A stretch of DNA of 64,000 nucleotides from an uncultured Anaerolineae bacterium (GTDB taxonomy: Bacteria; Chloroflexota; Anaerolineae; JAADDB01): NCBI GenBank assembly GCA_964402285.1, contig CAYOAZ010000001.1:889-64888 (forward strand), written 5' to 3'. The notes below the pieces were generated by a model that made no database searches, was not told the DNA's origin, and saw nothing but the letters and a program-made list of their open reading frames with translations. Shown here piece after piece: positions 46,626 through 56,630 of the stretch (the stretch's first letter is position 1; each line of letters starts with the position of its first letter). Made by a program: the position numbers and the translations under genes.

Positions 46626-47438
46626 CTACGGTGCAGTCACCTCCGCGAAGGGATAGGATATTTCCGGCCCGCGTACAGGTACAGTGAAGGTTATGAGATG
46701 TTGTTCCGCGGACCAGTAATGTAACTGGAAGGCCGGGTCATCTAAGATGTACTCGGAAGGATGTTCCAACGTTAGGTCTAGGGTCAGGCGCATTCCCATG
46801 CTGGGGGCAGTGCTGATAGTTACCCCTTGCCACTGGGTGAGCGCAGATAGATGAATGTGCCCCGCCAGAATGCGTTCTACTTGAGGGTGTTTCCTAACCA
46901 CCTGCCAAAACCGTTCTACCCCGACAAAGCCATCTACATCTGTTTCCGGTACATGGAAGCGCACCGGAGGATGGTGCATGAAAATAACTGTAGGCTGGTC
47001 TGGTCGTTCGCTTAAACGGCGATCTAACCACGTTGCTCGGGCGTCACAGAATTCCCCGCCAGGAGCGTCGGGTGTGGTGCTGTCCACTGTGATTAGACGC
47101 AAATCCGGGCCTTCGATAACGTAATTTATGAAGTCTTTGCTCTCCGTAGGACAGGCGGTGGGCCCAAATACCTCTGCCAGCACGTCGCGCCGATCGTGGT
47201 TGCCTGGAATCACGTAAAACGGGACGCGCAAATTTTGTAAGATGGAAGCGGCCCGCTCCATCTCTTCTTGGAGGCCGTTATTCGTGAGATCTCCTGTTAC
47301 CAGCACCAAGTCAGGCTGGGGCTTGAGTTCGTTGATGTGGTCCACGCATCGGGCCAGGTTTTCTGCCATGGGGGCAATGCCAAAAGTCTTGCGCCCCCAG
47401 CCTTCAATGTGCGTATCGCTGATTTGCGCGATGAGCAT
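46626..47438 (-). CDS. Calcineurin-like metallophosphoesterase
   Basis: Motifs DTH, GDLTNNG and GNHD. The ATG at 47438 is preceded by GGAGGG, and the track ORF is over-extended to 47657. Confidence 0.75.
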   Translation of the reverse strand: MLIAQISDTHIEGWGRKTFGIAPMAENLARCVDHINELKPQPDLVLVTGDLTNNGLQEEMERAASILQNLRVPFYVIPGNHDRRDVLAEVFGPTACPTESKDFINYVIEGPDLRLITVDSTTPDAPGGEFCDARATWLDRRLSERPDQPTVIFMHHPPVRFHVPETDVDGFVGVERFWQVVRKHPQVERILAGHIHLSALTQWQGVTISTAPSMGMRLTLDLTLEHPSEYILDDPAFQLHYWSAEQHLITFTVPVRGPEISYPFAEVTAP

Positions 47439-47463
47439 AATCCCTCCGAAAAATGGCCCAACT

Positions 47464-48321
47464 TTATTCTCGATTCGACAGGGCGAAGCCGATAAGGCCC
47501 AAAATTCCAGTAGAAACCATGAGGACCACACTGACCGCGTTAATCTCCGGTGTAATGCCAAAACGCAATCGGGAGTACAGAAGAATTGGCACGGTGGGCT
47601 CCGATCCAATAAGGAAGTATGTGGTGTTAAAGTTCTGGAAGGAGAAAAGAAACCCAATGATGGCTGCTCCCAAAACCGCTGGCATTAGAAACCGCATGGT
47701 TACACTCATCACCGCGGTCCATCGGCTCGCTCCGAGATCCATGGCAGCCTCTTCCAGCGCGGGGTCAAACTTTTTCAGGCGAGCAGTGATGACTAACGTG
47801 GTCGTTGTGGCCACAAAACTTACCTGGCCCAGTACAACTAAGAACAAGCCAGGGCGTAAAAATTTACCTGCCCCCGGTCCTAAAGCCTGATCCAGCGCGT
47901 TTGCTATGGAATAAGAAAACGCGAGGATGGACGTGCCTAATACCACTCCAGGTACCACCAGGGGACCTAGCATCAACATGTAGAAGAACCCTTTGCCAAT
48001 GAACCGTTCTCGCACGAAGAGAAACGCGTTGTTGATGCCCAGGACAACGGAGATTAACGTGACCCCAAGTGCCACCTTCAGACTGGTGGCAATGGACAGG
48101 AGCATACGGCGGTCATCCAGCAACCCGACACGATCCGGATGACTGGACTTGAACCAATCTAGAGTAAAGCCCTGCCAGGGAAAGGAGGCTGATGGGTTGT
48201 TGTTGAAGGCCAGAATGGTCACAATAATCAGTGGCCCCAGGGTATAGAGTAATACTAAGAAGATGTAACCATATCCTAGTACAAGCCGAATTGCCCTGGT
48301 TTTACCCGTTGCTGTGTACAT
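47464..48321 (-). CDS. ABC transporter permease, PotC-like
   Basis: Six TM helices and an EAA motif. Its stop abuts the upstream permease (48321/48322). Confidence 0.8.
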   Translation of the reverse strand: MYTATGKTRAIRLVLGYGYIFLVLLYTLGPLIIVTILAFNNNPSASFPWQGFTLDWFKSSHPDRVGLLDDRRMLLSIATSLKVALGVTLISVVLGINNAFLFVRERFIGKGFFYMLMLGPLVVPGVVLGTSILAFSYSIANALDQALGPGAGKFLRPGLFLVVLGQVSFVATTTTLVITARLKKFDPALEEAAMDLGASRWTAVMSVTMRFLMPAVLGAAIIGFLFSFQNFNTTYFLIGSEPTVPILLYSRLRFGITPEINAVSVVLMVSTGILGLIGFALSNRE

Positions 48322-49173
48322 TTACATCGCCTCCGATATATCTTGCCCGGTGATCTTCAGAAGAGCCCACACGAAAAGGACGGAAAAAGTAAGTAAGATA
48401 ACGCTAAAAGCTGCACCTTGGTTTTGGTTGAAACGCACAATAAATTGATTATAAATATTCTCGGTGAACCAGAGACTGTTTTTGCCTCCCAATAGCGTGA
48501 CGGTTACATAGTTCCCGAGAACAAGCATAAAGACCATAATGCTTCCCACCATAATACCGGGGGCAGAATGAGGAATGACGATTTCCTTCATGGTGGACCA
48601 GAAATTTCCCCCTAGGTCATAAGATGCTTCAATTAGGCTGTCATCCAAGGTCTCCAGCGAATTAAGGATGGGAATTACCATGAAAAGGAGAGAGGTGTAC
48701 ACCAACCCTACCATAATGGTCCAATTGTGATAAAGGAATTCGATATTTTGCTGAGTAATGCCTAGAGCCTTCAGCGTATAGCTGAGAATGCCTGTTTCCC
48801 GGAAGATAACCATCCATGTAAAGGCCTGAATCAACTCGGAGACCCAATAGGGGAGAATAATGGCTATGACAACCAGGGCTTTCACCCGTTCGCTGAGGAC
48901 TTTAGTGACCACAAACGCCGCCGGAAAGGCAATGGCCAGTGTCACCAGGGTGGTGAGAATGGAGTATTCAATAGTATGAAGGAACACGCCCCGGTAGAGG
49001 GGATTGGTGAAGAACGTGGCATAATTTTTCAGTGTGAACGCACCTGTACGTCGGTCCTGGAACGAGAGAAGGAATAGTTTAATGTGAGGTAACACAAACA
49101 GTAACCCAATCCACAGGAGCATGGGGAGCAGAAGGAGCCATAAGGCTCCGGTTCGCTTTAACCTGGCCAACAT
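48322..49173 (-). CDS. ABC transporter permease, PotB-like
   Basis: Six TM helices and the EAAxxxG motif (EASYDLGGNFWSTM). Confidence 0.8.
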   Translation of the reverse strand: MLARLKRTGALWLLLLPMLLWIGLLFVLPHIKLFLLSFQDRRTGAFTLKNYATFFTNPLYRGVFLHTIEYSILTTLVTLAIAFPAAFVVTKVLSERVKALVVIAIILPYWVSELIQAFTWMVIFRETGILSYTLKALGITQQNIEFLYHNWTIMVGLVYTSLLFMVIPILNSLETLDDSLIEASYDLGGNFWSTMKEIVIPHSAPGIMVGSIMVFMLVLGNYVTVTLLGGKNSLWFTENIYNQFIVRFNQNQGAAFSVILLTFSVLFVWALLKITGQDISEAM

Positions 49174-49175
49174 CG

Positions 49176-50300
49176 TTATACCTCCTTGGCTTCCTCGCTC
49201 GGCACATGGTGGAATACATTAGCAGCACGCCAATTCCAGGACAGCGTTACAATATTTCCTACACGGACTTCGGGCGCCTCTTCTGTGTGTTGGATTTTGA
49301 CGTTAAGGCTCAGGGGACGCTGTGATTCCAGAAGATCAACGACGACCAGGGAGTGAGATCCGTCAAAGTTGATTTCCTTTACTTTCCCCAGAATACCGGC
49401 AGGGTGTTTGCCCGGTCGGAGGAGAATCATCTCTGGACGGATGAAGATATCCACTTTATCCCCGGGACGCATTGCCTCGCCTATGCGTCCGCTCATTAGA
49501 AGCCCCCCCACCTCTACCTCGCAAACTTCGTCATTTATCTGGCGTACCATGTGCCCCTCGGTAAGGATATTATTTTCTCCTACAAAGGAGGCTACAAAGT
49601 GGGTGGCAGGACGGCGATATAGTTCCTCCGGAGGGGCGATTTGCTCAATACGCCCTTTGTTAATGACGGCGATGGTATCAGACATGGCAATGGCTACGGT
49701 TTGGTCATGGGTGATGTAAATAAAGGTGGTGCCCAAACGCTCCTGGAGGTGTTTAAGTTCCAGTTTCATGGCTTGTCGAAGTTTCAAATCCAAGGAAGCC
49801 AAGGGTTCATCCAGCAGGAGTACAGTAGGATCGAGGACCAAACTGCGGGCCAAAGCGACGCGTTGCTGTTGACCGCCGGAGAGCTGGTGGATGCGGCGTT
49901 TGCCCAATCCAGCGAGTCCAACACGGGCCAGGGCTTCATTGGCAAGCCGCTCCATCTCCTGCTTGCTCATTCCCCCGCGCCGTCGCAGTCCGTACATGAC
50001 GTTATCCAGTACGTTCATCATAGGAAAAAGGGCCAGCCGCTGGAAGACCATGTTGCAAGGGCGCTTATTAGGCGGAACATCGTTGACCCGACGGCCGCCG
50101 ATATATATGTCCCCAGATGTGGGGACTTCAAACCCAGCAATCATGCGTAAGATGGTGGTTTTTCCACTGCCCGATGGCCCTAGGAGGGAGAAGAAACTGC
50201 CTTTGGGCACATCGAAACTCACATTGTCCACCGCAACCAAATCACCAAATTTCTTGGTTACGTTTACCAAAGATACATCGATTTCCTGAGCCATGAGCAC
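49176..50300 (-). CDS. ABC transporter ATP-binding protein with a C-terminal TOBE domain, PotA-like
   Basis: Walker A GPSGSGKTT, signature LSGGQQQRVALAR and a TOBE regulatory tail. 374 aa. Confidence 0.85.
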   Translation of the reverse strand: MLMAQEIDVSLVNVTKKFGDLVAVDNVSFDVPKGSFFSLLGPSGSGKTTILRMIAGFEVPTSGDIYIGGRRVNDVPPNKRPCNMVFQRLALFPMMNVLDNVMYGLRRRGGMSKQEMERLANEALARVGLAGLGKRRIHQLSGGQQQRVALARSLVLDPTVLLLDEPLASLDLKLRQAMKLELKHLQERLGTTFIYITHDQTVAIAMSDTIAVINKGRIEQIAPPEELYRRPATHFVASFVGENNILTEGHMVRQINDEVCEVEVGGLLMSGRIGEAMRPGDKVDIFIRPEMILLRPGKHPAGILGKVKEINFDGSHSLVVVDLLESQRPLSLNVKIQHTEEAPEVRVGNIVTLSWNWRAANVFHHVPSEEAKEV

Positions 50301-50366
50301 ATCTCCCTCTTAGTGTGGCATGCCCGCGAGGGGCGCCCCCGAAGGGACGCCCCTACGGATTTGCTT

Positions 50367-51527
50367 CTAATCCGACTTGGCCGCCTTCACTTGCTCCAGG
50401 ACTTCGGCTTCGATATCCCGAGCATATGGCGGCAGTGGGAAGTACCACTTTATAGTTGCCATCTTTTCCGGCGGGAGGCTTTCCTTCACCACCTTGGCTA
50501 GTTCAGGAGACGCGAGTTCTGCCGCTCCTTCAGACGCGGTTTGGTAACCGGTCTGATTAATGATGACAGCCGCGTTCTCCGGTTGCATGATGAAATTGAT
50601 CCACTCATAGGCTGCATCGATGTTCTCCGCACCGGCAGAAATAGCAAAAGTGTCGTACCAACCCACTGCACCTTCTTTGGGTACTACGTACTTGAATTTG
50701 GGATCCTTCACGCTGAGAGTCCAAGCGATTGCGTCCCAACTGGTTCCCAGCCAGACTTCTTCTTTAGTGACCAATTCTTCCAACTGCTGGCGAGAATCCC
50801 AGTAAGTGCGCACGATGGGCTTGCACTCAATGAGCTTGTCGCGGACTTTGTACATAACTTTCCGGTACTCATCCTCGCTCTTCACAGCCTCGGCCGGGTT
50901 CATGCCCAGTGCGTATGCAAACATGTACAGCGTGTCGTATTTGGCTCGGTAAGTAACTCGTCCCTTGTATTTGGGATCACACAGGTCAAGGTAAGTCTTC
51001 CCCGCATCCGGAGCCTTTTCTGTGTTGACAATCATCGCGGTGGTACCCCAGACAAAGGGGAGTGCATATGGCTTGCCGTCAATGGATGCTTGTTCGGTAA
51101 TGGATTTGAGATAAGTGGGGTTGAAGAGTTTGGTGTTGACTCGCGACATATCAATGGGCTGGTAGATGCCGAATTCCTCCTGGGCAGTAACAACATAGTT
51201 TAAGGTTGGGGATACCAAATCGAATCCCACTCCCTTTGTAGCTGCCATTTTAGCAATTAATTCGTTGTTATCACCAATGTAGGTGATTTCCACCTTGATA
51301 CCGGTCTGGTTGGTAAATTTCTGGACCAGTTCTTCGGGCGCGTACCCTTCCCAGGTGAGCATGCGTAAGACACCGCCCTTCTTGGCAGGGGCTTCTGTGG
51401 CCGGAGCCTTAGTCGGGGCCGCAGCCTTCGTGGGTTCGGGGGCCTTGGTGGCCGCGCCGCCACAGGCGCTCAGCAGCATAGCCAACACCAGAACTACTGC
51501 CAAAAGCGTAGAGACCTTGCCCTTCAT
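50367..51527 (-). CDS. PotD/PotF-family periplasmic substrate-binding lipoprotein (polyamine-type SBP family 1)
   Basis: Lipobox LSACGG. Alignable to E. coli PotD by eye (TGIKV, PY..GTT, P.YKG, PKEG..W.D). Confidence 0.75.
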   Translation of the reverse strand: MKGKVSTLLAVVLVLAMLLSACGGAATKAPEPTKAAAPTKAPATEAPAKKGGVLRMLTWEGYAPEELVQKFTNQTGIKVEITYIGDNNELIAKMAATKGVGFDLVSPTLNYVVTAQEEFGIYQPIDMSRVNTKLFNPTYLKSITEQASIDGKPYALPFVWGTTAMIVNTEKAPDAGKTYLDLCDPKYKGRVTYRAKYDTLYMFAYALGMNPAEAVKSEDEYRKVMYKVRDKLIECKPIVRTYWDSRQQLEELVTKEEVWLGTSWDAIAWTLSVKDPKFKYVVPKEGAVGWYDTFAISAGAENIDAAYEWINFIMQPENAAVIINQTGYQTASEGAAELASPELAKVVKESLPPEKMATIKWYFPLPPYARDIEAEVLEQVKAAKSD

Positions 51528-51749
51528 TTTCCTCTCCTTTCATTGCATAGGGTGACCAAAATGGACAGGGGGACTACATGGAGTTTGGGCGAATGGATGG
51601 GAATTCTTTGGCGCTCTCCCCTCCTTTCTGGTGTGCTGCATGACCTAGATAAGAGGTGTTCCTTAAGGAGATACCCGCCTGTTGGCAATACAACGTTCAA
51701 TAAGGCCGGCCAACGAGGGGGATCCCACTTGGGCCTATTATATACCACA

Positions 51750-51786
51750 TGGTATCTGGTACAGTCAAATTTCAATCTGGTATAGT
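51750..51786 (+). promoter_or_regulatory. Three closely spaced TGGTA(T/C)A(G)T extended -10-like elements in the divergent potD / radical SAM intergenic region
   Basis: caTGGTATCTGGTACAGTCaaatttcaaTCTGGTATAGTCc shows a 13-nt direct repeat ATCTGGTA(C/T)AGTC twice. Each copy matches TGnTAnAnT. Confidence 0.35.
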
Positions 51787-51951
51787 CCAAAATCTTCGGC
51801 GCATAGGTAATGTCACCCACTTGGCATGTTATGGTCTTCACGCATCCTCAGTGGAATGGCTACTGGCTGATTTTCTCCTTGACCCACTCGCGAATATACT
51901 ACTCTCCAAATAGGTAGGTTCCCATCTGGCAAGGAGGTATAACGGAAACCG

Positions 51952-53052
51952 GTGCGTTCTCCGCTCTTGTTGGCAGCCAAGTTACCTTTATATTGGGCGT
52001 TTCGATATTTAGGATGGCCCAAGTTGTTGCCTTTCTCCATTGTCATCAGTGTTTCTTTTCGCTGTAACAGCCGCTGTCGCACCTGTGATGTCTGGCGTAA
52101 GCCCAGTGATGACATGTCTGTGGAGGAATGGGCCCGTGTATTTCGGAGTTTGGGACATGCACCTTATTACCTGACTTTTACCGGCGGCGAGCCCTTTCTG
52201 CGTCGCGATTTAGCGGATTTGGTTATTGCCGCGTATGAACACACTCAGCCTGGATACATCACCATTCCCACTAACGGTCTTCTTCCTGACCGCATTGTCC
52301 AGCAAACAGAACGCATTGCGCGCGCTTGCCCTCGTTCAGAAATTGGCATTAACTTAAGTTTGGATGGCATCGGTGAGGAACACGATGATATTCGCGGTGT
52401 GAGAGGGAACTGGGTTCGAGCATTGGAAACTTGGCGTGGCCTTAAAGATTTACAACAGCAGTATCCCAATTTGGTGCTTAGCATTCACACGGTCATTTCC
52501 CGATATAACATTCGTCGCATTCGAAATATCTACGAGGAGTTGCAGAGGTTAGAACCGGATTCCTACATCACCGAGGTTGCTGAGGAACGCGTAGAATTAG
52601 ATACTGTCGGGTGGGGCATCACCCCGTTGGCCGAGGAATACGCTCCTGTAGCCGATTTCTTAAGCAGGAAGGCCCGCGAGGCCCCTGCTCGGGGGATTGC
52701 TCGGGTGACGCAGGCTTTTCGGGCGCAATATTATCAATTGGCTAAAGCGACCCTCCTACGTCGGACGCAAGTTATTCCTTGTTATGCAGGTTGGGCTAGT
52801 GCACACATTGCCCCGAATGGCGATCTTTGGTCCTGTTGTATTCGTGCCGAGCCTGTAGGCAACATCCGGGATGCAGGATACGATTTCCGCAAGGTGTGGT
52901 TTAGCCCTCCTATGGACCGTTTGCGTCAGAGCATTGCCCACAGGGAGTGTTGGTGCCCTATGGCGAATGCCGCGTATGCGAACATGCTCTTACACCCTCC
53001 TACGGTTTTGCGTGTCTTGCGGGATGTACTCTGGCGCCCTGCTGGGAAGTAG
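51952..53052 (+). CDS. Radical SAM domain protein with an atypical C-terminal Cys cluster (SPASM/twitch-like); function unknown
   Basis: [10 protein letters not shown] (CxxxCxxC), a glycine-rich [11 protein letters not shown] motif, TNG and SLDG. The C-terminus carries C..CC...CxC. It uses a GTG start 14 nt after AAGGAGG. Confidence 0.7.
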   Translation: MRSPLLLAAKLPLYWAFRYLGWPKLLPFSIVISVSFRCNSRCRTCDVWRKPSDDMSVEEWARVFRSLGHAPYYLTFTGGEPFLRRDLADLVIAAYEHTQPGYITIPTNGLLPDRIVQQTERIARACPRSEIGINLSLDGIGEEHDDIRGVRGNWVRALETWRGLKDLQQQYPNLVLSIHTVISRYNIRRIRNIYEELQRLEPDSYITEVAEERVELDTVGWGITPLAEEYAPVADFLSRKAREAPARGIARVTQAFRAQYYQLAKATLLRRTQVIPCYAGWASAHIAPNGDLWSCCIRAEPVGNIRDAGYDFRKVWFSPPMDRLRQSIAHRECWCPMANAAYANMLLHPPTVLRVLRDVLWRPAGK

Positions 53053-53132
53053 CGGGATATTAACGAGAGTGCCGAATGTTTCCACCTTTGCCAACAGTCC
53101 AATTGCATCTCCTTTGGAAGTTTGTGTAAGAT

Positions 53133-55202
53133 GTGGGGTTGGTAACTCTGCATGTGGAGGGGAGGGTTATGAGTGCGGAAACGGATGTTTCACTTCTGTC
53201 ATGGGGGCAACGACTCCGGCGATTGCTCGTTTACCTCGTAGAACGGTTTTCCATTCCTCCTGCCCTGGTTTTGTTGATCGTTGCTGTCGTTATCGGAACG
53301 GCAACAGGTTACGGCGCGGTGTTTTTCATTTGGCTGTTGGGACTTATCCAACATTTGGCCGAGCAAGTGCGTTCGGATATGGGCATTCTGGGGATGTTCC
53401 TCGCGTTGGGTACTGGTGGGGCTTTGGGCTCTCCTCTAATTGTGTACCTGGCCAGCGAGGCTCGCGGGCACGGTGTACCCGAAGTAATGATGGCGATTGC
53501 AGTTAAAGGAGGACGCATTCGTCCTCGAGTGGTTGTCGTAAAAGCGGTGGCCTCCGCGCTGACCATTGGTACGGGCGGATCGGCAGGACGTGAGGGCCCT
53601 ATTGTGCAAATTGGTTCCGCGTTGGGTTCAACGCTGGGTCAGTTACTGGGGTTCTCGGAGGAGCGCATTAAAATTCTGGTCGCGGCTGGTGCAGCCAGTG
53701 GTATTGCCGCCACGTTCAACGCCCCAATTGCTGGGGTCATTTTTGCCCTGGAAGTTATTCTTGGGGAGTTTAGCACGGGCTATTTTGGCATCGTGGTGAT
53801 TTCATCAGTGTCGGCCAGTGTTGTGAGCCGGGCTTACTTGGGCAATGCACCTGCATTTATGGTGCCTGCTTATGGCTTGTCATCCCCCTTTGAGTTATTT
53901 CTCTACCTAATTGTGGGTATTCTATCCGCGTTGACCGCGGTGCTCTTCATTAAAATGCTCTATACCGCAGAGGATTTATTTGAAAAGTGGCGGATTCCTG
54001 AGGTGAGCAAGCCCGTTATTGGTATGTTGCTCACCGGAGTGGTCGCGCTGGCTTATCCCCAAGTGTTAGGTCCTGGTCTGCATTTTATCGGGGAAGCCAT
54101 CGCGGAAAATATGAGTTTGAGTCTTTCGCTTCTGGCACCACTGGCGCTGGCGAAGTTGGTGGCCACAAGTATGACTTTGGGTGCGGGAAACTCCGGTGGT
54201 GTGTTCGCTCCGGCTTTGTTCTCCGGAGCAGCAGTAGGGGGCAGCCTGGGCCTTATTTTTCACCAGATGTTCCCTCACTTGTTCATTAATCCCGGCGCGT
54301 ACGCATTGGTCGGCATGGCGGCTACGTTTGCGGGTGCAGCCCACGCTCCTATTACAGCCATTCTTATTGTCTTCGAAATGTCCAACGATTACCGACTTAT
54401 TCTGCCTTTGATGTTGGCTACAGTAATCAGTACGTTATTATCCCAATATATTCACAAGGAATCCATTTATACCTTGAAACTGGCTCGCCGGGGTATCATC
54501 ATCCGGCACGGCCGTGACATCGATGTAATGGAAGCGGTCACTGTTGAACAGGCTATGCAGCGTAATCCCGCGACCATTCCCGCGGATTTACCGGTGCGGG
54601 AGTTGGGGCGCAAATTTGCAGAGATTCACGCTCATGGCGCCCCTGTGGTCGATGAAAATGGGAATTTGGTGGGGATTGTTGCCCTGGCCGATTATGAACA
54701 GGCCCTTAAACGTCCGGATGTGGCAAAACTCAAGGTACGCGATATTATGTCCCGGGACCTGGTTGTTACATACCCCGACGAAACGCTCTGGCAGGCTCTA
54801 CGTAAGTTGGGAATTCGTGATGTGAGCCGCTTACCCGTTGTTTCCCGCCAGGATCCTCGTAAACTTATAGGTGTTGTGCGTCGACGGGATATTATTCGTG
54901 CGTACAATATCGCTGTAGCCCATCGCGCGGAAATTCAACAACGCTTGCAAGAAATGCGGGTGGAGGAAGGGGAAGGAACAGAGTACATCCGGGTGGATTT
55001 GCCCGACGACGCCTGGGCTGTGGGAAAACGGCTACGAGACATTCCTATTCCGGAGGAGTGTGTTTTCGTCTCCATTCGCCGCGGGCGTCAGTTAATCATT
55101 CCCCACGGTGACACTGTACTTCAGCCCGGGGATCGTATCACCATCTTCACCACAAAGGAATGCGAACCCGAGATTACCAGGATTTTGTATGAAGGAGCAT
55201 GA
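53133..55202 (+). CDS. ClC-family voltage-gated chloride channel/antiporter with tandem CBS domains and a C-terminal TrkA-C (RCK_C) domain
   Basis: ClC selectivity motifs GSGIP-like (GREGP, GAGNSGGVFAP, GxFxP), two CBS domains and a TrkA-C tail (...GDRITIFTTKE). 689 aa. Confidence 0.85.
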   Translation: MGLVTLHVEGRVMSAETDVSLLSWGQRLRRLLVYLVERFSIPPALVLLIVAVVIGTATGYGAVFFIWLLGLIQHLAEQVRSDMGILGMFLALGTGGALGSPLIVYLASEARGHGVPEVMMAIAVKGGRIRPRVVVVKAVASALTIGTGGSAGREGPIVQIGSALGSTLGQLLGFSEERIKILVAAGAASGIAATFNAPIAGVIFALEVILGEFSTGYFGIVVISSVSASVVSRAYLGNAPAFMVPAYGLSSPFELFLYLIVGILSALTAVLFIKMLYTAEDLFEKWRIPEVSKPVIGMLLTGVVALAYPQVLGPGLHFIGEAIAENMSLSLSLLAPLALAKLVATSMTLGAGNSGGVFAPALFSGAAVGGSLGLIFHQMFPHLFINPGAYALVGMAATFAGAAHAPITAILIVFEMSNDYRLILPLMLATVISTLLSQYIHKESIYTLKLARRGIIIRHGRDIDVMEAVTVEQAMQRNPATIPADLPVRELGRKFAEIHAHGAPVVDENGNLVGIVALADYEQALKRPDVAKLKVRDIMSRDLVVTYPDETLWQALRKLGIRDVSRLPVVSRQDPRKLIGVVRRRDIIRAYNIAVAHRAEIQQRLQEMRVEEGEGTEYIRVDLPDDAWAVGKRLRDIPIPEECVFVSIRRGRQLIIPHGDTVLQPGDRITIFTTKECEPEITRILYEGA

Positions 55203-55208
55203 ACGCAC

Positions 55209-55250
55209 GATGGGGAGGATTCCCCCTCCCCATCATTTCTCCCCTTTTTG
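55209..55250 (+). terminator. Intrinsic terminator after the ClC gene
   Basis: GATGGGGAGG-ATTCCC-CCTCCCCATC forms a perfect 10-bp stem followed by ATTTCTCCCCTTTTTG. Confidence 0.6.
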
Positions 55251-56528
55251 TTTGCGTAGAGGGAGTTGCTTAGGCACAACAAACTCCACGAATACAGTGT
55301 CCCGAGCGTTCACGTGGACTTGACGTCGGATGGTGGTTCCCGCAAGGCTTACTTCTAGAATATAATCCCCCTGAGGGACATCAGTGAGCAGCCAGTTCTC
55401 TCCCCAAAGTGGATCGGGCTGAATACCTGATTCGTGAAGGTACGTGGGGATTGTAGTCCAATAACGAGCCCCTTCTCCCTTTCCGCGATACACTTGAATG
55501 CGGGCTCCCATCCAAGCATGTCCTTCTGGGGTGACCAAGCGGCCAATAAGGGTTCCGTATCCGTTCATAAACTCCAACCAGAATTCCGGGTTCACTGTGG
55601 CCGTATAGGCGTTTTCACCCAGGCGGACTTCTAGGTGCAGATGGGGGCCTAAGGCAATGCCTTCTTGGCCCACTTCGGCGATGGGTTGACCACGTTCTAC
55701 GCGCTGTCCTTTCTGAACAAGCCAACGGCGAATGTGTCCGTACAGGACATACACTGGCTGACCCTCAAATGTTCGATCCAATTGAAGGACTACGGCTTGT
55801 CCGTAAAAATTCCGCCACGGACCCAGGCGTTCTTTGTCGTCTTTGCCTGCAAAGACAACGACCCCTTCGTCACCGGCAAGAATGGGAGTCCCCTCTGGGT
55901 TAGGAAAATCTGCTCCGTGGTGAATTAAATAGCGGCCGTCGCCGTTACTTCCGTACGGGTAGTAAGGGCTTGCCCACGTTTGGGCGGGAGGTGTAAATGG
56001 ACGTGCTAGCCAATAATGGGTCCATGGGTGGGAAACAGGTGTAGGCCAGAAAAAGGTACTGATAGCCGGTGTTGGGGATGGGGTGGGGGATAGGGTGGCC
56101 ACAATATGAGGCGTTGGTCTGTGGGGGGTTGGGGATGTGTTCGGGGAAGCGAAGGTTGGGGGTGGGGAAATGCGCGTAGTCGGTGACGGTGTCGGACATG
56201 GCGTAGGGGAAGGTGTGTAAGTTGGCGAAGGGGTCCATGTGGGAGATGGTGTCCACGTCGGCGTGTGGGTGGGAGTAGGTGTGGAAGTTGGTTTGGGCGT
56301 GGATGTGGGAGAGTTTTTCACCTCTGGGGTAGACTCTCTGGGTGAGGTGACTGTCGGAGAGGGGGGAGAGGCGCTATCTGAGGGCAACGCGGTTGTGATG
56401 GCCTGCGTGCCGGCGGAAATCCAGGTTGGCTCCCCTGGAAAGGTCCGACTTGTCAGGAAGATGCTTATGCTGATGATAAATGCATAAAGAACGGTGACGC
56501 GGGTTGTATGTGTCATCTTGTCCTTCAT
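55233..56528 (-). CDS. M23-family peptidoglycan metalloendopeptidase with an N-terminal TM anchor and a long P/T/S-rich linker
   Basis: HxGxD-like region (LIHHGADFPNPEGTPILAGDEG) and HLHLEV (the HxH of M23). The linker is TPKPTSTPTPTHTPTWTPSPTWTPSPTYTPSPTP. Confidence 0.8.
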   Translation of the reverse strand: MKDKMTHTTRVTVLYAFIISISIFLTSRTFPGEPTWISAGTQAITTALPSDSASPPSPTVTSPRESTPEVKNSPTSTPKPTSTPTPTHTPTWTPSPTWTPSPTYTPSPTPCPTPSPTTRISPPPTFASPNTSPTPHRPTPHIVATLSPTPSPTPAISTFFWPTPVSHPWTHYWLARPFTPPAQTWASPYYPYGSNGDGRYLIHHGADFPNPEGTPILAGDEGVVVFAGKDDKERLGPWRNFYGQAVVLQLDRTFEGQPVYVLYGHIRRWLVQKGQRVERGQPIAEVGQEGIALGPHLHLEVRLGENAYTATVNPEFWLEFMNGYGTLIGRLVTPEGHAWMGARIQVYRGKGEGARYWTTIPTYLHESGIQPDPLWGENWLLTDVPQGDYILEVSLAGTTIRRQVHVNARDTVFVEFVVPKQLPLRKQKGEK

Positions 56529-56630
56529 GGTAAAGCATTATAGCATATAGAGGCCGTGGAAAGATACAAAACCCCCGAAGGTGTTGTTCGCACCGTTGGG
56601 GCGTGTGAACGTGCAAGGTGAAAGTGGTAT

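Noticed and set aside
51543-51841. Small ORFs (80 and 105 aa) in the potD/rSAM intergenic region as possible RiPP precursor peptides for the radical SAM enzyme
   Set aside because: There is no RBS, the codon usage is poor (AGG/AGA-rich), and the sequences are not peptide-like. They are probably spurious.
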